Origin: Malacoraja senta
Taxonomy: Eukaryota
Direction: 5' to 3'
Length of the DNA: 64,000 bases
NCBI GenBank assembly: GCA_038087875.1
Contig: CM075991.1
Coordinates: forward strand, 6,262,001 to 6,326,000
A program made the position numbers and the translations under genes. Below, piece by piece: positions 30,501 through 45,500 of this stretch (position 1 is its first letter; each line of letters starts with the position of its first letter). The notes below the pieces were generated by a model that saw nothing but the letters and a program-made list of their open reading frames with translations, had not been told where the DNA came from and did no database searches.

Positions 30501-33500
30501 CCCCCATCCACCACATAAAAAGACTAAAAGGCCTCCAAAACAAAACTTTTTGACAGACTAAAAAATTTTTAAAGGATGAAAGGACGAACAGCTGCAGGCG
30601 AAGCTGCCACACTCGATGGCGCCACCACTCGCGATCAAGAGATAATTTTGTTTAAGATGTAGGATTTGGGAAACATCTTGAAGGAAATGAGAGAGTGAGC
30701 TGGACATACATCCTCCAATAATGAAAATTGGAATGAGCAAAAGTCCAGAATTGGTGAAGCTCAAATATGTTGGGTTTATAGCAATTGAGAACTCTGCGAA
30801 GATAGAAAACAGAGGAAGTCATGGAGAAAGTTGAAAACCAGCATGAGAATTTTAGGAGTGAAATGGATCAGGAGCCAATGTAGGTCAGCAACCATGACTG
30901 AGAAGGACAGCGCCGTGCAGCACAGAAATAGGCCCTTTGGCCCAACGTCCATGCCAACCATGATGCCCATCAACCAATTTGCTCCATTTGCTTGAGTTTG
31001 TCCTATATTTCTCCAAAACTTTCTTATCCATGTTCCTGTCCAAATGTTTTTAACATGTTATTGTATTAGCCACAATACATTTTTCTGGCAGCTGATTCCG
31101 TATACCATCTGGAAGTCTGTGAGTTACTCCTCAGGTCCCCTTTAAATCATTCCGCTTTCACCTTAAACAGTTTCCCTCTAGTTTTTGATTCCCCTTCCCT
31201 GGGGAAAAAAAGTCTGCATGCATTCATCTTATCTGTGTCTCTCGTAATCTTGTATATCTGTATAAGGTCACAGTCTCCTACACTTCAAGGAATAAAGCCC
31301 TAGCCTAACCAACTTCTCTATAAATGAGGCTCCCATGTCCCCCAACGTTCCCATAAATCTTTGCACTCTTTTCACCTTCATGACATCCGTCCTTTGGCAG
31401 GGTAACCAAAACTATACAATACTCCAAGTTCTGCCTTACCAATCTCTTGAATAACTGAAACAAACTTCTATACTCAATGCCCTGACTGATGAAGGGAAGT
31501 GAGCTAAATGCCTTCTTCACACCCTGTCTACCTGTGACGCAACGTTCAGAGAATTATCATGTACATGTAATCATGTATAGTCTTTATGCTGACTGAATAG
31601 CACGCAACAAAAAGCTTTTCACTGAACCTTGGTACACATAACAATAATAAACGAAACTAAACTTATCTGCTTGTACTCCGAGGTCCCTCTGTTTTGCAAA
31701 CATTTCCCAAGGCCCAAACATTTGCTGTACAAGTCCTACCCTGGTTTGACTTCCCAAAATGCGAGTTAAAGTTTAGACTTCAGTGAGACAGTGTGGAAAC
31801 AGGCCCTTCGGCCCACCGAGTCAGCACCAACCATCGATTACCCATACACTAGTTCTATCCTACACACAAGGGACAATTTACAGAAGCCAATTAACCTACA
31901 AACCTGCACATCTTTGGAATGTGGGAGGAAACCAAAGCACCCGGAGACAACCCATGGAGACAGGTACACAGTGAGAATGTACAAAATTCGTACACAGTAC
32001 CTGTAGTCTGGATCGAACCCGGGTCACTGCCCTGTAAGGCAGCAACTCTACCGCCGCACCACTGTGCCTCCCCACTTACTTGAATTAAATGCCATTTTCC
32101 ATTCCTTGCCCACTTACTTAGCTGATCAAGACCCCACTGTAATTGTTGACAGTCTCCTTCACTGGCCTCTATGATAATCCAATGACCACAATGGGATAGT
32201 GGTGAATTAGACAGTTCCATTGTTTATGGAAGGCCTGTTCAGAAGCCTGATAACAGAGGAGCCTGAGTCCGTTGGTGCTTGCCATCGATCTTTGTAATAC
32301 AATGTAGTATCCAAAAATATTGTTTTCTGCTGGAAATTGTTTGACTTCTTCCTGTTTTCCTCTGATAGGTATTTCTTATTATGTGCAAACTACTTCTTCT
32401 ATGGAGAGACTGTAACAGACACATTCTTCGCACTGGTTCAAAGGGAGGAGCCTCTCCGGATCCTGAGCAAATACCATCGCTTCATTTCCTTTGCTCTTTA
32501 CTTGGCAGGTACTGCTGTGTTGTTGTGCCGTGTTAGCGAAGTCTTTCAAAGTAAGGTCGACCAAACCATCTAATCTGTCCAAAAGCTGAGGGAAAACTTC
32601 CCAAAGTATAACATTTTGTCAGTGAGTTGAAAGATTTTACTGGAGAACATTTTGCCTAGAAATTAGATTGCTCCCCTTTTGAGCACGTTAAATGCGTTCT
32701 ACAGTTTGCCCTCATACCAAACCATGCAACGTCATGAATAACTCTTGCTTTTAGAAATAGTTGCCATGCTTTATGGCATTGCAGAGGCTGTCTTAAGCAT
32801 TCACAGTCAGAAGCTGTGGAAAGCTGCTGCAGTAGTCAGGAAGTATGTCAGTATTGTTAAGGGTATTTCACTATGACAGCCAAACAAGATTCAGTATGAA
32901 ACGGAGATGGGGAGGATTCAGATTGAATAGCTCAGGAGAAATCCGTGATGGGGGAGAGAGGAGATTCATGACCCAGTTTATTCTTTCCTGAATAAAGGAG
33001 TAACTCTGAAGGTAGACACAAAACGCTGGAGTAACTCTGCGGGTCAGGCATCATCTCTGGAGAAAGGGGATTCCAAAGAAAGGACTCGATCCTAAACGTC
33101 ATCTATTCCTTTTCTTCAGAAATGTTGCCTGACCCGTTGAGTTTCTCCAGCATTTTGCATCTAAGTTCGGTGTAAGCTAGCATCTAATAACACACAATGG
33201 AGTAACTCTGTTTGGTTAGGTATTACAAATGAATCCCAAGCTATCGCTGACTGTAGAATCAATGCCATAGTTCTAGTCATCTGTGGACTGGAGTTACCAG
33301 TATATTATTCTATGCCAAGGGTAGCCAGCAGTTAATTTTTAATGCAAGTGAAATACTGAGAGAAGGAATTTATAAAATATTAAAACCATGCCCAGCAATG
33401 TCTCTTCATGTCATACAGGATTCACTACTTTAAATTACAATTAAAACACAAAAGTACTTGTGCTATAACACCAGGATAAGCACTCAACCAAGAAAACCAA

Positions 33501-36500
33501 GACCAAAGCCAAAGTACAATCTAAACTAATCTATGCTAAGGACAATAACTAACTCCATATGCAATAATCAGCTACCTACAAGTTAACAAGCACAATTTAA
33601 AAAAAACTGATCATGTAGATGCAAGTTTATCATTGGGGTTATCAAGAGTGCTAACTGAAAACTATCGTATAGGTTTATGATATTACATTGTTAATAGATA
33701 ACATACACAGTGAGAATGCCATCATGTGTGGAAATATGAAAGAGATATGGCAGTGGTGCAATTGCAACAGGAAATAACTAGTCCTGTTTCCCAATGGGTA
33801 GGACCTCAACAAAAAATGAACACAGGCAATTCAAAACATGCCACAATCTATCTTATGTACTATTTATGCATCAAATAGTTTCTCTTATCTTATTCAATTA
33901 TTATAAAAAATAAATACAATTATTTTACATGTTAAATCAGCAAATATTTTGAAGTGCAACAGGAAGTTAACACTGTACTTACGGAAAAACACTTGGTGAT
34001 GGCTGGTTAATCTTCAAATGTAATTGACGTCATTTTCTGTTAGTTACAGATTAACTTATCTACAGAGAAAGCCTGTCAATAAATTCAAAGGGAACTAAGA
34101 GTTGTGGTCTGCACTTTGTGTAGAGCTACCATTTTTTACCCTATTAGTACAGAAAGCAAGACTGATAGCTTTAATGTTCAGGCTAGACTACAATTGTACA
34201 GTGAAGACTAGGCTCCTGGTATTACTCTTGAATCTATGGTGGAGATCCATGCTCAGATTGAGAGAAGCTCTATAATGCTTGAAAGAAACCCCTCAAACTT
34301 GAATATGCATGTTTTGTCGTTGGGTCGTCAATTTCAGAAGCTGACTGACCTGTCTTTACTACCTTATACTTAGATGGTTGAATCTATCTAAGAATCCCAT
34401 GGTTTTCAAATGTTCTTACTGAAGTTCTCTCTTAATAAATTTTATTTTGTATGGCAACATGCCAAAATACCAACTGGTAAAATGAGGCTGTCATCGAAAA
34501 TTTGTTATGTGCATTTTCAGTTGAAGAGAATGTTCACAAGTTGCTTAGTTTGAATGCTGTGGTTTGTGGTTTTCTAAACACTTGAATCATATTACTGAAC
34601 AGAACCGTATATTGGAACAGTTTGAAGAACACAGTGCAGGCTTTCTAAAATGAACAAGCAGTTCTGGGAAAAATGACAAAATGCAGCATTTCAGTTTAGT
34701 TTTGAGAAATTAAAGCCATCATAAAGTTTTTTGATATTAACTCGTTAATGTTTAACATACACAGTGAGATTCTGACCTTTTTGTCCCTAGGATTCTGCCT
34801 GTTTGTCCTGAGTCTTGTGAAGAAGCACTACCGACTGCAGTTCTACATGGTATGTCATTCACTGTTGGTCAGAATAAATCACTGCACATTTGGCTTTTCG
34901 TCGGGCACTGGGCCCAGAGTTAGTGTTACACGCCGTGACAATCTGATGTGTTTGGTGAACGTAAGTGGTCCACAATCGATGTGCAGAGGGGGATTAGAAA
35001 GTTCAAACTGACGCACCAGGTTCAACTCAAGTGATGGAATGGGCCAGAGAGGGAACGAGAGAGAAATTGATCATCCAGCATTGCCAATTTTTATTATAGC
35101 TCGTACGTTCACTGATTGTGTTGCAAATCCTATTGTCGTTAATCCAACAGTACGTGCAACAGCAGGTCTATACCAGTATATATACTCTTTAATTAAGGCC
35201 ATTATTTTGTATTTTCAAAGGTATTAAATAGGTGATATAACAAAATTGTAATGGTGTCTTATCATAAACAGATGCTTTGTCTGTGAATATTTCTACAGTG
35301 CCCTCCATAATCTTTGGGACATAGTCCCATCATTTATTTAGTTGCCTCTGCACTCCACAATTTGAGATTTGTACTAGAAAAAATCACAAGTGGTTAAAGT
35401 GCACATTGTCAACTTTTATTAAAGGGTATTTTTACACATTTTTGTTTCACCATATAGAAATTACAGCTGTGTTTATACATAGTCCCCCTATTTCAGGGCA
35501 CCATAATGTCTGGGGGACATGGCTTCACAGGTGTTTGTAATTGATCAGGTGTGTTTAAATGCCTCCTTAATGCAGGCATAAGAGAGCACTCAGCGCCTAA
35601 TCTTTCCTCCAGTCTTTCCATCACCTTTGGAAACTTTTATTGCTGTATTACAACATGAGGACCAAAGTTGTACCAATGAAAGTCAAAGAAACCATTATGA
35701 GACTGAGAAACAAGAATAAAACTTATTCTTTACAGTTAAACACTTTAACCACATGTGATTTTTGTTTCTCAGCCAAATCTCAAATTGTGGAGTACAGAGG
35801 CAAATAAATAAATGATGGGTCTTTGTCCCAAACATTATGGAGGGCACTATATGTCCAGTGGTACATAATTCTAAATTTACAAAAGATAGACACAAAATGC
35901 TCCGCGGGTCAGGCAACATCTCTGGAGAAAAGGAATAGGTGACGTCTCAGGAGGAGACCCTTCATGAGACAAAGGTCACCTGAGTAAGGCACCCAAGATT
36001 CATTGCCAACTTTGCTGATGAAATGAACAAAGGTAGAAAATAAAGTTGTGGAGGACACAGGGAAGTTACAAAGGGATTTTGATAGATTATGTCAGTGGGC
36101 ATAGATCTGAAAAAATTGAGTGTAATGTTGGAACATGTGAAATTGTCCAATATGGCAGAAGAAATGAAAGAGAAGCATATTATCCAAGTGGTGCGAGATT
36201 GCAGAGCTTGGGGAAACAGTGGGATTCTGATGTTAGGTTTACCACCCTCCAATCTGTAGGAGCTGCTTGACAGTCTTGAAGAAACTGCTAATATTGCTGT
36301 TATATCCAGGGCCAGTTCTTTAATAATCGGGGATGTGGATTATCAGACTCTGGGTATCAGTCAGTATTAATCCCCATTAAGTACTCATTACCTTCAGTTC
36401 TTCCTTCTCACTGGACTCTGATTCCTTAACATTCCGGAGGTCATTTGAGCCCTCCTTTACGAAGTCTGAAAAAAGATTAATTTAATTATTCTCCCATTTC

Positions 36501-39500
36501 TTCCCAATTATAATTATACAATTTCTGGCTTTTCATATTTATCAACGCTTTTACAGTTAATTTTTATGTTCCCTGCAAGTTTACTTTTATACTCTTACCT
36601 TTCTCATGTACCATCCCAGTTTATTCATCTTTTTGTCTCACTTTGCTGAATTTAAACTGCTCCCAATCCTTAAGCCTGCTGTTTTTTCTGATAATTCTCT
36701 TTTCATCGAAAACTAATCTTAATTTTTTTGTAAGCCACAGATTTTCCATCTTTCCTGACATATTTTTGTGCCAGGAAGGATTGAATAATTGTCAGAATCT
36801 GTGTATACATTCTTTAAGTGTTATCTATAAACACATTCACCATCAACCCGTTTAGTTAAATTCCTAAATCTATCACAGCTAATATACCGTTCGTTCCTTC
36901 ATAGTTTCCTTTGTTCAGATTCAGGTCCCTGGTTTCTGATTCACCTATTTTTACAGCCTTTGAGTACTTATAAACCAGCAGTAGATGGATTCCCAATGAA
37001 GTAGGTGAAAGGTTACTGTGGGTAGAGTTGACTTTATTAAATGGTGGAATGGGCTTAGGGCCCAACTAGCTTTCTGAGTAGTTTGTATGTTTGCTTTTGT
37101 GAAGATTCATCAGTCTTGTCACGGTTCAGTCCCAGTGCCTGTGGCAACTTTGTGGATAATGCTGCGATGACGCAAACATTTCATATTTGTGTCCAATTGA
37201 ATTCTGGGTTGATTAAATTCTGTTGACCTAATATGTTCTGCGTTTGCAGTCCTCTGCCTCTGATGTCTGATGTTCATTTCTAATTCACAGTTTGGGTGGA
37301 CTCATGTGACTTTGCTAATAGTCGTGACTCAGTCCCACCTCATCATCCACAACCTCTTTGAAGGAATGATTTGGTATGTGACTGCCCAGCAGTTTCTTCC
37401 TTTGAATTTTATTGTTTAAAATGCACAAATTAACATGATTTCTAATGGGAAGAATTGAGAAAAACTGCAGAAAACTGCAGCACAAAGGGGGTTGAGTTCC
37501 TTGTGCATGAAACAGAAATGACTAGTTCGGAAGTACAGTAGGTAGTAGAGTTATAGAAAGAATTTGAAATAAAACACGTTAAAGATGAAGAGAAAGTTGG
37601 TAGAGGAATTAATAGAAGCAGAGTGTTATACAGTGTGGAAGCAGGCCCTTTGTCCCAACTGATCCATACCGACCAAGATTCTATTTGAGTTGGAAGTAGC
37701 TACCTGGGTTTGGCTCTTATCCCTCTAAACCTCTTCTGTCCAGGTACCTGTCCACATATCATTTAAACATCGTAACTGTACCTGCCTCTACAGCTTCCAC
37801 AGGAAGCTTGTTCCACACACCCTCCATTAAGTCAATATACTAAGTTCTTCCTATACCACGAAGTCTTAGACAATCAGCAGCTGTTAAATTAATCCCAATT
37901 CACATATTTTCATATAATAGAAGATGTGACATACAATCCTTTCAACTTCATGTCAGACAAATCATATGGATGCAACATGAGATGTTCTTCATTGCACTTC
38001 AAGTTTTCCATAGTTCATTTTCTTTCCTTCAGTACAACAATGATTAGTGGGCTAGATCTTTGTGCTCGGGTCTGTAATATGATTTGAACCTATAATTTAC
38101 AGGCGTGAGAGTGCTTCAAACTGAGCAACAATTAATTGGACTGAAATCTCACCCACCAAATCACACAACAAATTCTAATATAACCAGTGACTGTGAGTGT
38201 GGTTGTGATTATGGCAGGCATTTTGCACCTCGTGAGCTTCTGAAAAATTGGTGATCGTCTAAGCTAGTGAGGATTTTTGTTGTTGTGAAGCATCTGCTGA
38301 AGTACAACCAATGTGAGGTGATGATATTATTACTGAGTAGCATCAGCACATTTGATGTAGAAGCAGCAAGGTCCCTCTCAAGAACCAGACATAGGAATCA
38401 AGAACCAGAGGACATGGGCTTAAAGTGAGGGGGGAAAGATTAAATGGGAATCCAAGGTATAACTTACACAAATGGTGATGGGTATATAGAACGAGCTGCC
38501 GGGGGAGATTGTTGAGGCAGGTACTATCATAACATTTAAGAGACATTTAGACAGGTACATGGATAGGACAGGTTTAGAGGGTTATGGGCCAAGTGGGCAA
38601 GTGTAGATTGAACATGTTGATCGGCGTGGGCAAATTGGGCTGAAAGGACTGTTTCCACGCTGTATGACTACGCCAAAAATATGTTTTGAGAATGGGACGT
38701 GGCTGTGACTGATATTGAAGACAATTGTTCAGCCTTGTCATCTTAACTGTACCTGCCTCAACTGAGGATTGATCTTGCTCCAACTTTGTCAGCATTTACT
38801 ATAAGGATTGATGATTATGAGGCTTCCAATTGAGTCCTGAACATGTATTACCGCAGTTCCGCAGAATTTAAATGGACTGGCTCTTGTTGAAGGTTCATCG
38901 TTAGTCCCCATCTGAGTCAGCTTACTGCAGGATCCACTGAGAGAAGCAGAGCTCTGATGCTATGTCTATCCATGCAAGTGATTCCCAAGAAGGGCAATGT
39001 CAAATGTGTTGAGAGTTACGTTAACTAAATCCATCAGACAGAGCTTCACAAGGTGTTGTTGCATTTACAATATAAATTGCAATTGCTGGTTTAAGTCGCT
39101 GACAAAAAATGGATTGAATATTCACAAGGAATAAATATCTTGAGGATGCCTGTTAAGTCTTTCTCTCAACATGTCTATTATTTCTTGTTGCTCAGGTTCA
39201 TTGTGCCGATTTCTTGTGTGATCTGCAATGACATCATGGCTTACATGTTTGGATTCTTTTTTGGCCGGACTCCACTCATCAAGGTCAGTAAGAAGACCAA
39301 GAGACGGTGAGGAGTACTGGGGCACAAAATGAAATGTTCCATCCAGATGAATGAAGCATGTTCCTCTGAGGCACATCATGAGATAGATTGGAGGGAGCTT
39401 CAAGATGTAATACTTGTATTACTTGATCAGGAGAATGTTGAAAACTGTCACTGAAGCACAGACCCATCAACAGTTTTACTTTCCAACAATTTTTTGTGCA

Positions 39501-42500
39501 GCCAGTATATACCCTAAAATCCAGTCTGTATGTCAAACTTTTCATGAGGAGCTTATGTAATGCCAGTTGATTGAATCTGTTGATATTCTGAAAAATTTGT
39601 TGATATTCTGAAGAAGAGTCTCGACCCGAAACATCACCCATTCCTTCTCTCCAGAGATGCTGCATGTCCCTTCCTTACTTCCAGTTAACAATTAAGTTCT
39701 AAGCCCTGGAAACTGCAGAGAAGGACAACATGTCTGGCTTTGTAGTTCAGATGCGTTTGGAGAAGTTGGATAGGAACATGAGGGAGAAATGAATAGACAC
39801 ACATTTTCACACACACTTTCAGATGGCACAATGAAGACTACTTTGGGACCATTCAAGAGACATTGGTTGCTGGTGCTGCTTGAATTGCAGATATCTGCGT
39901 AAGAGATAGGAGTAAATATCTTTGTTTTCTGTATATTTTGTACAAATTAAGGTGGATTCTAGATTTAACAGAATAGGTCCTACATATAGTAACGGTTTGA
40001 GGGTATGATTGTGTGGGGGAATGATGTTGAAAAGGATGGTAATGACGAGAGAGAGGGGATATCTGACCATTCTGTGATGCAAGTTGCGTACACATGAGAC
40101 TAGGAAGGAACTGCAGATGCTGGTTTAAACTGAAGATATTCACAAAAAGCTGGAGTAACTCAGCGGGACAGGCAGCATCTCTGGAGAGAAGGAATGGGTG
40201 ACTTTTTGGGTCGAGACAATTCTTCAGACTATCCATTTTGCTGCCCACATGTTGCCTCGCAATTCTTCGTAAACTACAGACATTTCTTCACACTAAATTT
40301 AGATGAGTGCTCAAGTGTCATATGTACCAACAGAACAATAATATGCAATATAACCACCTTATAATATGTTACTGTAGCAAAACTGACTATCAGTTTTACC
40401 TTTTTTTTGCAGCTGTCTCCCAAGAAGACCTGGGAAGGATTTATCGGAGGATTCTTTGCAACCGTCTTGTTTGGCCTTTTGGTGAGACTCTATTTTAAAA
40501 CAAATGACCCATTGTCAATAGTCAGAAAGATAATTCCATTTGTTGAATGAGTTGAACCCCCCTGCAAGTAATGTTCACTTAAAAAAAAAATTTGGGTCAT
40601 CTGAGAAAAGCAGCAGGGATTAAAGAATTCTGGAAACAGGAAGATCAGTTCCAGAAGTTAGAAACATCTGCTGGCATCAACATGAATTGCACCTTGCACC
40701 AGTGTGGAGGCTTCCTCATTTCATGTTTATTTCAGAGATACAATATACAGTGCTCTCCATAACGTTTGGGACAAAGACCCATCATTTATTTATTTGCCTC
40801 TGTACTCCACAATTTTAGATTTGTAATAGAAAAAATCACATGTGGTTAAAGTGCACATTGTCAGATTTTAATAACGGTCATTTTTATACGTTTTGGTTTC
40901 ACCATGTGGAAATTACAGCAGTGTTTATGCATAATCCTCCCATTTCAGGGCACCATAATGTTTAGCACACAGCAATGTCATGTAAATGAAAGTAGTTATG
41001 TTTAGTATTTTGAAAGTAGTCATGTTTAGTATTTTTTTTAGAAAAAAAAGTTGCCCTCAACCTCCCCTCCCACCCCAACCACCACATAAAACAAGCTAAA
41101 GAACACAAACATATATTTAACACATACTATAAAACAACAGAGAAGGAAGGGACAGACAGACAGACTGTTGGCGAGGCAGCCATTGCTGGCGCCACCCGAT
41201 GGTTACAGGGAGAACATGCAAACTCCACATCGGCAGAACCCGAGGTCAGGATAAAACTGGGTCTGAAGTGCTATGAGGCAGCAGCTCAATCAGCTGTGTC
41301 ACTGGGGAGGGATTACTGGAATTTTTTTAAAAGAAAAATAGAAAATGTGGAAAAAATCCAGAGAAAGTTAACTTGAACGGCCAGGAAAATGCAGCATTTC
41401 AATTACATGGAGGAAGCAGAATATCTTATTGTTTGAGAAATATAAATGAGAGAATGAGTGCACAAAAATAGGAAAGATTATAATGTTAAAAGGAACAACT
41501 GGCAGGGAATACAATGTAATGATAAGTGCAGTGTTGAATGTTGCTAAGTTGTTGCATTGCACTGCACAACTAAATGCTGAACCAATGAAAGAAATGGGTT
41601 CAAATTTTTTAACTTACATTTTCCCAGACCCTTGAAACTCTGGTTGGGCCTCATCTATGTACTTTGTCCAATTCTGAACAAGGCATCACAGAGGACGTCA
41701 GTCCCTTGGCGAAAGCACAGATGAAAGTTACCAGAATTAAAGCAGATGTGAGGGACTTCAGTGTGTGGAGGGATGAGAGGTTGTAATTCTCCACTGAGAG
41801 CAGAGTTTTGGGACATTTAGCAGAATTATGGCAATATTTAAGGAATAATAAAAACCACGAGGTCAGTATACGGAAGGCAAACAAGGCAGACAAAAGTGCT
41901 GGAGAAACTCAGCGGGTGCGGCAGCATCTAGGGTGCGAAAGAAATAGGCAACGTTTCGGGCCGAAACCCTTCTTCAGACAACTAAATCTGAAGAAGGGTC
42001 TCGGCCCGAAACGTTGCCTATTTCCTTCGCTCCATAAGTGCTACCGCACCTGCTGAGTTTCTCAAGCACTTTTGTCTACCTTCGATTTTCCAGCATCTGC
42101 AGTTCCTTCTTGAACATACAGAAAGCACTTAGATATTATCCTTGGCGGAAGACCAGATTAAAAAAAAAAAAATCACTAACTGAACATAATTGGCAAGGGC
42201 ATTTTTGTTTTATTGTTCATCTCTGATTGTTTTTGAATTGATTGACTTTCTGGGCCATTTACTTTAAGACACCAGGGAGGTTTGTCTCTGTCAAGGGCCT
42301 GTCCCACTTTCACGACCTCTGCCGAGTTTGCCCAGGACTCATACTCGCAGCATGGTCGTCACGAGGTCATAGGTAGGTCGTAGCAGGCCGTGATGCTAGT
42401 CGTAGGTATTCGTGGCTTCAAGTAGGTCGGGGCGTTTTTCTAGCATGATGAAAAATGTCCACGAGTAAAAAAGGTTGTGAATTAGGTCGTGAAAGGGGGA

Positions 42501-45500
42501 CAGGCCCTTTAGACATGAAATGAAGTTTACCAGAGATGTTGTTAAAATCCGATCAATATTAAGTAACACCAGGTACAGAGTTACAGACAGCTGATCTATG
42601 GTAGACAAAAATGCTGGAGAAACTCAGCGGGTGAGGCAGCATTTATGGAGCGAAGGAATAGGTGACGTTTCGGGTCGAGACCCTTCTTCAGACTGATGTG
42701 GAGGTGCGGGGGGAGAGGGGGAAGTAGAAAGGAAGAGGCGGAGACAGTAGGCTGTAGGAGAGGTGGGAAGGGGAGGGGAAGGAGGGAAAAAGCAAGGACT
42801 ACCTGAAATTTGGAGAAGTCAATGTTCATACCGCTGGGGTGTAAACAGCCCAAGCGAAATATGAGGTGCTGCTCCTCCAATTTGCGGTGGGCCTCACTCT
42901 GGCTATGGAGGAGGCCCAGGACAGAAAGGTCGGATTCGGAATGGGAGGGGGAGTTGAAGTGCTGGGCCACCGGGAGATCAGGTTGGTTAGTGCGAACTGA
43001 GCGGAGGTGTTGGGCGAAGCAATCGGCAAGCCTACGCTTGGGTCTCACCAATGTAGAGGAGCTGACATCCATCCATCTTGTAACATCTGTAGTGTTCAAC
43101 AGCCAGATGGTTGTTGGGAAGAAGCTGTTCACGGTTTTCAGAACTCTGTTTTCAGTCTCCCGAACATGTTTCCGAATGACAGGAGTGAAATGAAAGCATG
43201 GTCAGGCGGGTGTGGGTCCCTGATAACACTGGATGAATATTTGAAGCAGCGCCTCCTACAAATCTCTTCAATGGTTGGGAGCTCAGTATCTGTAATGGAC
43301 TGGGCAGTTTTCACTACTTTATGTAACCTCCTTTGTACCTGTGCTTTTGAAGTGACAAACCGGTACATGATGCAACCAGTCAACATGCTCTCCACCATCC
43401 ACCTGTAGAACTGCAAGAGAGTATTTGTCTACTTATCGAATCTCCTCAATCTTATAAGGAAGTAGAGGCATTGATGGGCTTTCTTCATGATTAAATGAAT
43501 AGATTCAATAAATAGGTCAATAAGAAATGAAGCTGCAAAATAGTCTTAACTAAAAGTAGTAGCAGCAGCCAGGAAGGCATTTGCGGTATTATTGCATCTG
43601 ATTAATGTATTTTCCTGTACCCCACGTTGCAATGCTGTTTATCTTTCTCATTCATGCAGCTGTCCTACGTGATGGCAGGGGTCAATTTCTTTGTCTGTCC
43701 TGTTGAGTTCAACAATGAGGCCAACAGTTTCACCGTGGAATGTGAACCATCGGAGCTGTTCCTCCTGCAAGATTACACAATCCCCACTGTTCTTCAGTCC
43801 ATTATAGGCTGGGTATGGCATTGCAACCTTTGTATTTTCATCAAGTTTCAGGGAGTGACTTTCTGAGTCTGTGCATGCTGGACAAATGAACATTCCTGCC
43901 ATTTCCTCAGTGTGTGTGTGTGTTTGTGTGTGTGTGTATGACTGGGCCAAAAGACTCAGAAAATCACCCCTTTAAAATTGCAATGGGTAACAAACATTGC
44001 AATCCGCAAGTTAATTGTATTTCTTCTTGTCTTATTTCTGCAGCGGTCGATCAAGATGTACCCTTTCCAGATTCACAGCATTGCCCTTTCTAGTTTTGCA
44101 TCGCTAATCAGCCCATTTGGAGGATTCTTTGCCAGCGGCTTCAAGAGAGCATTTAAGATCAAGGTATTTGTTGCCATGTGACAAAGTTTGGGGAGGAAAG
44201 TGTGGGGGAGGGGGAGAAGGGTGGTAATATAAGCACCTTCATAAGTTATAGGAACAGAATTATCTACTCCGCCATTCAATCATGGCTGAACAGAGAAACA
44301 TATAAAATGCTTAAAGAATTGGACAGGCTAAATGCTGGAAAAATGCTCCTGATGTTGGGGGAGTCCAGAACGAGGGATCACAGGTAAGAATAAGGGGTAG
44401 GCCATTTAGGATTGAGATGAGGAATTTTTTTTTCAGCCAGAGAGTTGTATCAAGAGAGAGTTAGATGTAGCTCTTAGGGCTAAAGGAATCAAGGATATGG
44501 GGAAATAGCAGGAACGGGGTACTGATTTTTGGATGATCAGCCATGGCCTACTCCTGCACCTATTTTTCTATGTTTCTTTGATCTATCTATCTATCTATCT
44601 TTCCCTCTCAAACCCCAATCTCCTGCCTTCTCCCCATACCCACTGACACCCATACTAATCAAGAATCTGTCAATCTCTGCTTTAAAAATATCCATTGACT
44701 TGGCCTCCACAGCCTTCTGTGGCAGAGAATTCCACTTCCACACCTTGTAATATGTTACTGCATATTGTAAGGGAATCTATGGTATTATTTCAATAAAAGA
44801 CTAGGGTTATTACCCACCATGACCCGGCAAATATTTATCCCTCAGTCAAAATAATTTTCACAGATAATCTCCTCATCACATTTGATTTTTGTCAGAGCAA
44901 GCTATGTATAAATTAAGTGCCCTGTTTCTACATTTCGCTTCATAGGCTGTGGAGTGTTTTGAACATTAGACCAGACTTAAAGTTACCATTGGAAACACTG
45001 CGTGTGAAATTATGATCAAAAGAATATTGTTTGGGGAGCAAAAATTGTGTCTTTTGTGTGCTATACTGTATTCGTGAAAGGTTTTGCAAGTGCATCTAAG
45101 CCAGTTGTACTTATGAAGGACGGATCATTATGTCAGTTTTCTTACAATACTTAGCAGTCCAATGCAACCATGAGTGGCTCAACATGAGCTAGCTAGCGGC
45201 TAGAATCCAGCACTGCATAAACAAGCATCAGCTCCAAAGATTAATTTCTTCTTGCAGTTGGTTTGATTTTTGAGGTGCTTTCCATTCTTTCAACCCAAAC
45301 ACATCTGCACACAATATGAGAGCCTTGTTGCCACAAGAAAGATGAGACCCAGGGCACCCTGAAACATTGATGCCACTTCCCTTCAGTGCTTGGTTTCAAG
45401 ATTCATGAAGGGCTGTGCTATATTGAATTGAGTGAAAGATGCTCCCTGTAGTTCCTGTTTTATTTTTGTAATCAATTTGTAAACTCTAGAGTTTAGTAAG

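Noticed and set aside
44107..44112. CDS2 LISPFGG versus the LIGPFGG I recall in mammals
   Set aside because: Small-to-small residue change at a position I recall varying among CDS homologues; not evidence of altered function.
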